A stretch of 64,000 bases of DNA from the human T2T-CHM13v2.0 reference genome, Homo sapiens. Shown in pieces: positions 54,971 to 64,000 of this stretch. A program made the position numbers and the translations under genes. Where the stretch lies: the NCBI RefSeq assembly GCF_009914755.1, contig NC_060926.1. The stretch is one strand, 5' to 3'. Positions within the stretch are counted from its first letter, which is position 1. The number at the start of each line of letters is the position of its first letter. The notes under the pieces were generated by a model. It was not told the DNA's origin. It was given only the letters and a program-made list of their open reading frames with translations, and searched no databases.

Positions 54971-56568
54971 ACATGAGCCCCTGAGTGGTCAGTTGACTGG
55001 GATAAGACCATAAATGAGAGCAGAAGCAAAGCCCAGACCAGAGTCCAGACCTGCTGATAATAAAATCCAGTGTTATTATTACTAACAAAAGTAAAAATTT
55101 AACTTATGAATTGCAGGAGGAAGTTTGCTGCAAAGTCACTTTAATTACAGTTATCACAGGCAATAAACTTATTTATTCCAGGCAACTAATTGTTAACTAC
55201 TTCCAATAGCATGAAAGAATTATATTCAGAGGTTACATAAAGGGAACAATTCCAAAAATTCCTGTTCCAAAACAACAAAGGCCACAACATTTACTTGGTG
55301 TTCTTTTACTTTTATTATCATTTATTTCCAAAATTCAAGAGAGTTCTTCACAATAGAAAGAATATAAAACTTGCTTGCATAATACTGTAGGTTATCTCCC
55401 TCATTTTTACGTGCTAGATAAACAGGGTGTTTTAAAATTATTGACATTGTAGAAATAACTCCAATGGTAATATATGATTGTTATTTATTTAATAGAAATT
55501 ATATTCATGACATTTTATTTTTAAAAATAACTTAGACATCAGCCTAGTGTACCCTCTCTGTTAAAGTCCAGATGAGGTCCACTGAAACCCCAGAAGAATT
55601 ATCTATGGATGTTCAGAGAGCCATGCAAGATTTATTCAGTTCTCTGGTAGACTTAAGTGTTTTGTGACTGCTTTTGTTACTGCTTTCTCTGCTCCTCACA
55701 GTTCAATCCAGATACTAAATTTGGCTTTTTTCTCACATTAATGACATTGCCATGACATTGCTAATATAATGCATTTATTAATAGGCTAAATGCAGTGGAC
55801 AATAAGAGAGGAGGTGGGCTTGTATTGCAAGATTGTAGTGAAACCTGAACTTTAGACAAAACTCATTTTTAGATTTCCTCCAGCTATCACACCACCACTG
55901 AGGAGCTCACTGGCCTTTTTAGCTTCACATCATTTGACTTGCTCCTTTCCTCATCATAGTCTCTTTTTACTCCTTTCTTTAGTTTTCCCTACCTTAAGCC
56001 CCTACCCTCCTGGAATAAAGCAAATATTCCCCTTATCTCATTCAAAGCAGCTATTTCCTCGGTTTCCTGGCAATACATACCTCCTTAAAAGAAATTCTTC
56101 CTGTCAAAGGCAATTTCTTTCATAAGTGGGTTGCCAGTGCTAGTTGCTAAAATAATAATGTGTTTACTTTCTTAAATAACCTATCTGTGGTTATGATTTA
56201 AAGACATGGGGGCCTCTTCAAAGCACTCACCTTAGAAGAACTCATGTTTCTATTGATGATGTTGCTCTTATAGATGGATTTTGTTTTGTTTTGTTTTTAT
56301 TTTGGGTTGCTCTTTCATTACTACTCTGGTGAGGCACTTAATTTATTCAAAAATGGTAAAGAAGTTTTATTATTTTAAAGAACTTCAATTAGCACTTTTA
56401 TTTTAAAGAACTTCAGTTAGACTTTTCAAAACAAGTCTATAAGGGGTGACTATTTGACTATTCCTTTTGAAGTTCTATTTCTACAGTTTTAGTAAAAACC
56501 ACAAGGTGCAGTGGAAGATAAAATGTCTTTCCTCACCAATAGTGTTGAATTCACTGGGCCATATGCTA

Positions 56569-56648
56569 TTAGGTTGGTGCAAAAGTAATCGCAGTTTTTG
56601 CCATTACTTTCAATGGCAAAAACTGTGATTACTTTTGCACCAACCTAA
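56569..56648. mobile_element. MADE1, full length (80 bp)
   Basis: 37-bp inverted arms with one G/A difference and a 6-nt spacer. Confidence 0.96.
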
Positions 56649-56749
56649 TGTCTAACCTATTTTGTTTGGTTTTATTTTTGTATAGATTTTTAAAAATTCA
56701 AATAAGAAAATTATGGCTATATACAATAAAAAAGCACCATGTAATAAAT

Positions 56750-56882
56750 TTACATATATGTTATACTATATTCTAGGCACTGGCCTACTTTACATTTACT
56801 GCCTCTTGTCTCACAACTCTGTGAGGTAGATATTATTATTCCCATTTTACAACCAAAGAAACTGAAGCACAGAGAGTTAAAA
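56750..56882 (-). mobile_element. MIR
   Basis: tcacaactctgtgaggtagatattattattcccattttac...gaaactgaagcacagagagttaa. Confidence 0.8.
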
Positions 56883-57590
56883 CAAAAGAGAGAGAGAGAG
56901 AGAGAGAAGCCCAGTCTAACTCTAGGCTTATGCTGCCCTGGATCATCTCAGATAACATTCCAATTATAACAATGCTGAAATGTAATTGGTGAGTTGATCT
57001 AATAATTCATGCAATGCCTGCCTCACTGTGAAGCTTTCACTCATTCAACCTCTTATTAAATATATTTTGTGATATGAAAATACAACTAGTAAATATGTAG
57101 TAGCACATTTACAGCCTCTAAAGTTAATAGTATTGATCCTGTCAATGTTCTGCTCTGTTCTGCTTCTCTCATAGTGTCCATAAATTTATTCCCATTTGTT
57201 CCCATTTATTCCCAGTGAAGGTTACTTCACTGTTTTTAAGGCACCAGGCCTTGATGGACGTTACTGCTTTAGACTTTAAAATCATCATCACTCTAATAAT
57301 CACTGTAGACTTCTTTATATCTAAGTCCTATTTATTTCCATTAAAGTATACTGCAACAAAAATAACGTACCATCTTTATTTACCATGTGGCTTAGTTAAG
57401 ATGGTGATATAACTACCATTGTTATCAGAAACACTATCTGAACTAGTAAAACACTGTATCCCATCAGGAAATAACTTTTGAAATCAGATTGCATGGGTTT
57501 GAAACCCAGCTCCACTACATAGAAGCAAGTTACTTAACTGATTGGAACATCAGGTTCTTTATTTATCAAGTGGGAGCAATAGTATAATTA

Positions 57591-57916
57591 GGTTGGGTGC
57601 AGTGGCTCAGGCCTGTAATACTAGCATTTTGGGAAGCCGAGGTGGGCAGATTGCTTGAGCTCAGGAGTTTGAGACAAGCCTGGGCAACATTGTGAGACTT
57701 TGTCGCTACAAAAAAAAAAAAAATTACAAAAATAAGTCGGGAGTGGTGGCATGTGCCTGTAGTCCCAGCTACTTAGGTGGCTGAGTAGAAGGATGCTTGA
57801 GCCCAGGAGGCGGAGGTGGCAGTAAATCAATATCTTGCCACTGCACTGCAGCATGGGTGACAGAGTGACCCTGTCTCAAAAAAAAAAAAAAAAAAAAGAA
57901 AAAGAAAAGAAAAAAA
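57591..57916 (+). mobile_element. AluJ inserted in a MIR (MIR pieces at ~57470-57950 and 58437-58510)
   Basis: ttgcttgagctcaggagtttgag; MIR sequence on both flanks. Confidence 0.93.
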
Positions 57917-57958
57917 GTACAAATGGTTCATAAGGAATATTGTAAGGATTATCTTTTC

Positions 57959-58436
57959 TGTTAACGCCACAAAAGACCACCAGAATAAACTGATGAAGAA
58001 GGAAACTGAGTTTATTTCCTGATCACCACCTTAGCAGATGTCTTAGTAGTCATAGAAAGGAGAGGCCAAGGTGGATATTTGTAGACATAGGGAATCTGGA
58101 CTTAAGTAGTTTAAGGAAGGTCTTTTAATGTATTGTGTGAAGTATGTAACATAATAGTTTGGGATGGGTAGACATAATAACGAAGTTCTGGAGGTTAATT
58201 GATAAGCAACCAGTTTGTCTAGTTAGGCAATATATAATAGTCCTATGAAGCAGGCTGTTTACCCACGTGAGCAACTTACCCTCCTGAGAATGAGGCTGTT
58301 TGAACAGTTTATTGTTTGAATAGATTTATTTCCTAGTAGTTCTTGATGCATGAAATGAAGTTGTTTATGACTTTTAAGCCTTATCATAGTTCTGATAGGT
58401 AATCTGTGTGGTTGCTGGAAGTCTCAGTTCTGAACA
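57959..58436. mobile_element. Probable old solo LTR, family unassigned
   Basis: TG...CA ends (tgttaac...ctgaaca) interrupting a MIR that resumes afterwards. Confidence 0.45.
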
Positions 58437-60885
58437 AATGGCATGATCCATATAAAACACACAGCACAATACCTGCTATATAATTAGTATATCCACAAAT
58501 GTTAGCCATTTATAACTGCCTCTTGTGTATGATGTTTCTTAAATCAGGGCTTGATAGATGGGAGACCTAGCCTAACTCTGACAAGATGCAAAATTTGGTA
58601 ACCAGACAGAACAATAGAGTGGAGAAAGTGGTCGGGGACGGTCCCAGTTGTGCTTAGTAGGAGGGGGTGCAAGATGGCAGATAGCTCATGGATGGTCAGG
58701 AGGAGGGAAGAAGCAGAGATCTAAGCAAGCAGGCAAAGTATGATCCTCTGGGTTCTTCCAGCTGAAAATATTAAACAGAGATTAAAGTGAGTAAGCTGGA
58801 AGATCTACCAGCAGGCCAGATAAATTTAGGATTAGGAGCTACACATGATTTAAAAGAGCTGAAAGGGAAAGAGGCAGGACCCTTACTCCATACTGCTACA
58901 TTGGACAAACAGGTAAAGCTTCCCTCAAGCCTAGATGGTCTAGTCACCAGATCTATTACTGAAATTTTTTGGGAAATAGTGAATATGAAATAAAAGTTTG
59001 ACCACAGAAATTAAAGATAAAATACAAGATATTAGAACTGTGTCAATGATCAGAGTCCTACTAGCAGCATAGCTGACCCAAATAATTTTAGAGATCTTAT
59101 CTATAATATTCTGTACAGTGCTTCATATTATAAGAATATTATAATAATAAATTACATTCATATCATTCCATTATAATTTCATATGTTCTCCTCCAAACTT
59201 CTGCAATGTAGATATCGGAGCAGTTTTACTCTAATTTAGGTGATGACAAAACTGAAGCTTAGAGAGTTTAGTCACATATTTTAAATGGCAGAATGGGGAG
59301 GAAACTACAGGTTTTCCAGACACAGATCTTGTTCCAATATGTCCAAATAGTAATTATGTTACTGAGGTTTGAGGGGAATGTGTTACAATTGGATGACTTG
59401 CAAACTCATTTTCATATACTCTTTCCCTTTCCCTTCTCTGTCTTTTGCTCATTTTTGGTTATAGAAAAAATCAATTGAAGATATGAAAAAAATGTTTTTT
59501 AAAAAGGTATTTCTACACTTCTATTTCATCTTGTAATAATGCAGAGATATGACTGGGGAGTTGATCTGATAATTCATACAATATGACTCCTCATTGCAAA
59601 CCTTTCATCCATTCAACCCCTTATTAACAATATTTTTGTGACATGCAGAATGCTAGATTCTGGAGAGGCAGAGATAAATAAGGTGAACCTTCCTTCTGTT
59701 CTACTTTTAAAGAATCCCCTAGTCTATTGGATTTGATAGATTTATTGTGAAAGAGTATAAAAAAGTAAAAGATTAAGGCATATAGAAGGTACAAGGCCAG
59801 GGAAGGGGGCCGTATATTCTAATATGGGATTAGGGAAAAGTAGAGAAATTCCTTGGCTTCCTGTTCCTATTTTGTCCAGCACCGCTATCTCCCACCTGAG
59901 ATTCCTACGACATATTTCCAATGGAAGCCAAGAAGTATGGGAGCGTTGGAAGTACATCCTGCCCAATGACCCTCTCACCCCATCCCCACCAATAATCAGA
60001 AGAAAACAGAAGAAGCAAATAATTGATCTGATAGCAAATACACCAAAGATGAGTACGGCATCTCCCTGGATTTTAAAATAAAGATGTTTGGAGCAGATGA
60101 ATACCAATCTGATTTTTTAAAAAATTGAATTACCCAAGTAATTATGACATAGAAACTTACTTTTGGAAGATTTAACACATTGTAAATATAAACCAACACA
60201 CAGAAACCCATGCAAAATTTAGTGCTTCATTTTACTTCAGGCCCCAAGCTGCTCAATTATTATGAAACAATCACTTTTTGGTTGCCCAAGTTTTGTTTGC
60301 ATGGATGCATGGGAGAACGATGAAATTTCTCTCTCTGAATATGAATGTTAATGATTGGGAAACATAGAAACCACACATAATTCTGCAATTCTCATAGCTC
60401 TTAAAATATATAGAGGACTTGCATTGCAAGTCTTTATTTTAATTAGTGTTATTAATATTCATTGACTGAGGTAGTAAAAGGCAACCACTGGCTCAATGAG
60501 CAGCAGTCCAACAAGTCATGCAAACTCCAGTGTTGACAGCCTTTGTTTGGAGTCCTGAATGGATTGTGTCTATCTAAATCACTGTGTAATCATGGATCCT
60601 TTGTGATTTCACATTCTCATCTTATAGTCAATTTTTATTTCTCTGATGTGGCATGTTGTGTTCAGTAGCTTATCTGAAAACATCAATATGGTTTTGAAAG
60701 GATAAAATCAAATTGTAACAGTTTATGTTTCTGTAATGTGTGCATAGCCTAGGGAAAAAGTGATAAATAGGAATACTATTTCACTGTATTGCTATGTTAC
60801 AGACATTGGAAATATGATTCTGCCTCCATATTCTTTCCAAAGTAGATCAGCTGGATTTATTTTTTATATATTTATAAATCAACAG

Positions 60886-61020
60886 CTAATAGACCATGAG
60901 AACAGCATTAGTGTACATCCAGATGACAGAAGAGATTGTAAAAGAAGTGGAGAAGACTTTCTGACTTTCCCTGCTTTCGTGACAGTAAATATTGTCTTCT
61001 TGCTTTTATATGACATAAAG
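60886..61020 (+). other. Candidate 135-nt internal exon
   Basis: aacag acceptor and AAG|gtaatc donor; length divisible by 3 and open in phase 0 (LIDHENSISVHPDDRRDCKRSGEDF...); peptide not recognised. Confidence 0.3.
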
Positions 61021-61154
61021 GTAATCTTCCTACTTTTATAAGATATAAACACACAAAGAGATGTTAACCTCATGCATCATATTTTAAAATGTTGGCATAA
61101 GCCTAAAGGTTTTACATGTTTCAAAGAGTCTATCTTTATGGTAAAGTACTTGAG

Positions 61155-61330
61155 TAACCATTCTCAACTTTGGCTACACATTTGAACTTCCAAAGAGTTT
61201 TTTAAAAATATTTTCACCTGTAGACACAGTCAGACACTTTAATCAGAATTTCTGTGACAGAAGCTCTCACACCTATAGTTTTTTGAGCTCATGAGATAAT
61301 TCCAATGTCCAGCCAAGATTAAGAGCCACA
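61155..61330. mobile_element. MER5-like MITE
   Basis: ttctcaactttggctacacatttgaa...aatcagaatttctg...gtccagccaagattaagagccac. Confidence 0.65.
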
Positions 61331-62854
61331 GATATATTATCATAGAATTAAAAAAATAAACTTTCACTTCCTTGCAAGTATTACAAATTCAGCATGTCAA
61401 TATAGTGTTAACTGTTGCCATGATAAAGCTTATGATTTCACTGGAATACCAGATTTCAGGCTCTTGATTTGGACATCAAATATTCCTTTCAAATTGATGA
61501 AAATTGCTATTGCCATCTGCCACTTTTACTCTCAAAGTTAATTACATATACATTGTGCTCTACAATAATGTCAATTTTGCTAATCCCATTTAGATGTTTA
61601 CATAAAAGAAAACAAATAATAACTTCATAAGACATGTTGCTAAAAGGGTTATTTGGTCTAAATATACATAATTTCAATTCAAGCTGACATTTTATGCTTA
61701 GTTTTAATGAAGTGATCCCAGGGAAATTGGTATTTTCCTATCTGATACAACGATATATATATTTGAATGCAAGATTAAGGCACATTTTAATATGCTTTAT
61801 TTGTTTCTAATTTTTCCAATTAATTTTTTTACAATTAATGTCATTTAAAACTTTTGATATAGCATTATAAAAGAATCTCAGGCAGAAATCATTAGTATTA
61901 CTAAATTATTTTTATTGCATTATTATTACTACTTTAATATAGTACTGAAAGAACTATGCAGCTTGAGACTTGTATTCTGTGAAATGAAACTTTGAATTAG
62001 CCAACTTTGAAAGTCCTTTCCAGTTCCACCATGTGGAGATTATGAGCTTTACTCTGCAGCATATACCAAAGAATGTCTACCATACATTTCAGATGAGACC
62101 TTTGAGATTGCCTACCTTAATCTTATTATGTAAAAGATATAAAAACTGAGGTGAAAAGTGGTGAAATTATCCTTTTTATATCACAAAGAACAAATTGTCT
62201 TGTCTCAAGTAGAATAGATTATTAGCCAAGTTCTATCTATTTGTTTTGTTTTAAGTACTTATCCCCACTTCCATCATTTGTTCCTTGTTCATGTTGTTGT
62301 TCTTGTTTGTTTTGAATTGTTTCTGGAAATAACAGTGAGTTAAAAACTCTGCCAGCTTTATATATATATATATATATATGTAATATTATATATAACATGT
62401 TAGGTATTATTTATAATATATAGTATAACATATAGTATAAAGGTTTTTTTACACAAAACTTTAAATGCATTTTGTTGTCTAAACAAAAGAAATTATTGTA
62501 TTCACATGTGTTAAGATGTGCAGTTTTTTCATTTTATGTGTCTGAAATTAGCATGAGTTTTTCAAACATGGTCACAGCTGTTCATATAGCCATTGCTTCA
62601 TCTAGATTATGTGTACTCTTTGTACTGCATGTATTGAGTTTAATTGTCATTCACTATTTTTTCAAAAATATTACATTATTGTTCAATATTAGAACAAAAA
62701 GTTATTGTCTGAAGAGAACAAGATATGAAAGAACAGCAAGAATTAAATTTTATATGATTAAACAAAGATTTGTTATTGGGGGCATCATTACAATCCTACA
62801 TTTGCCTGTTAATCAACAGCTGACTGATTTATATGGCTTTTTTCTTATCATGTC

Positions 62855-63000
62855 AGCCAAGGACCAGGAATGTTGGCACCACCAAGGATGGTATTATAAA
62901 TGTAGAATCATGAGTTCATACCAGATCTACTGAATCAGAATCTGCATTTTAACAAGATCCGCACATAATTCATTTGCACCTTAAACTTTAAAAAGCAGGA
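62855..63000. mobile_element. MER5A-like MITE
   Basis: ggacca...ccagatctactgaatcagaatctgcattttaacaagatcc. Confidence 0.7.
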
Positions 63001-63537
63001 CTTTATAGTACCAAGGAAGATATCCACAAGAGGTTGACACTGTTTTAGATTTCTTGAGTTATATGCTAAATGTTTGTCCCTCATATGGTAAGCAATACTA
63101 TTTAAAGGCAAAGAAAGCTTAAATACATGGAAGAAACTTCAAATCTACAGGAAAATGATGTGACTGATTCATAAGTCGAGCATAACAATATTGATAGAAA
63201 TCTAAGTCCAAATTCATTTAAAAGCTTTTTCTGTAAGCTCTATTTAAGTATTAAATGGACTCTAGTGATAAGAAAGCATTGTGCTATAATTTGACCACAT
63301 TTTTTTCTTTCATAATAGTAGATAAAATCATATCTTCCCACAGATGGAACATTAACTTTGGTAAAATACAGACAATAATACCAGTTCATTGTACCACAAA
63401 TTCATCAGAAATAATGAAAATCATAACTCTTGCTTATATAAATATATGCATTTAAGATAACTAGATAAACTGACATAGAAAAGAACTAATTTGTGTCACT
63501 TTAATAGTACAGAAGGAGTCTTCTTTGCTGAATGACT

Positions 63538-63830
63538 TTATTCAGCTTTATTGAGGTATATTTGACAACTAAAAGTTATATATACTTAAGGTATACAACT
63601 TGATGTTTTGATACACATAAACATTGTGAAATGATCAAGTTAACACGTCTGCCAGCTCACATCTTTATGATTTTTTTGATGTGGTGAGAACTCTTAAGAT
63701 CAATTTCTTAGTATATTTTAACTACAGTATACAATACAGTATTATTAATTATAGTCACCATGCTGTGCATTAGATCTCCAGAAGTTATTCATCCCCCATA
63801 ACTGAACCATTTTACCCTTTGATGAATGAC
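63538..63830 (-). mobile_element. L1MA 3' end
   Basis: cagctttattgaggtatatttgaca...tatagtcaccatgctgtgcattagatctccagaa. Confidence 0.88.
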
Positions 63831-64000
63831 TGTTTACACAGGAAGAAGAGGAAGAATTAATTAAAATATTAGCCCTATTTAATTTTTATGCTACATTAAA
63901 TAATGACAGTGGAAGTTTTCTCTAAGTAAACATGATAGCTACATTAACAGTAAACTAATTCATTATAATTTTGACACATAAAATGAATATAAAGGTAACA

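Noticed and set aside
60467-60477. tgaggtagtaa, matching the let-7/miR-98 5' end
   Set aside because: The match stops after 11 nt and there is no complementary hairpin arm
62472-62933. Longest ORF (153 aa)
   Set aside because: TTG start, AT-biased F/I/L/K composition, runs into a MER5 element, and has no recognisable domain

Overview
AT-rich, CpG-poor primate (most likely human) genomic DNA that looks like a large intron or gene-poor interval. I cannot identify any protein-coding exon, RNA gene or CpG island. The ORF track is explained by Alu, L1 and LTR read-through and by chance ORFs in AT-rich sequence. Much of the window is transposable elements: about 14 Alus or Alu fragments, young and old L1 pieces, L2 and MIR, solo LTRs (THE1, MST, MLT1, LTR1-group, MER39, MER4-group) and DNA transposons (Charlie1, Charlie4a, MER2B, Tigger3a, MER33, MER5, MER91, piggyBac MER75, two MADE1). 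Many still show target-site duplications and several are nested. Structure that the repeats do not explain includes a perfect 71-bp tandem duplication, two dispersed 80-120 bp local duplications, three perfect 12-bp hairpins within about 2.2 kb, template-switch scars, closely spaced inverted Alus, and plus-strand splice-site candidates (possible lncRNA exons and AG|GT recursive-splice-like sites). I cannot demonstrate a new biological system from sequence alone. Repeat subfamily names are from memory of consensus sequences, and boundaries of old repeats are approximate.
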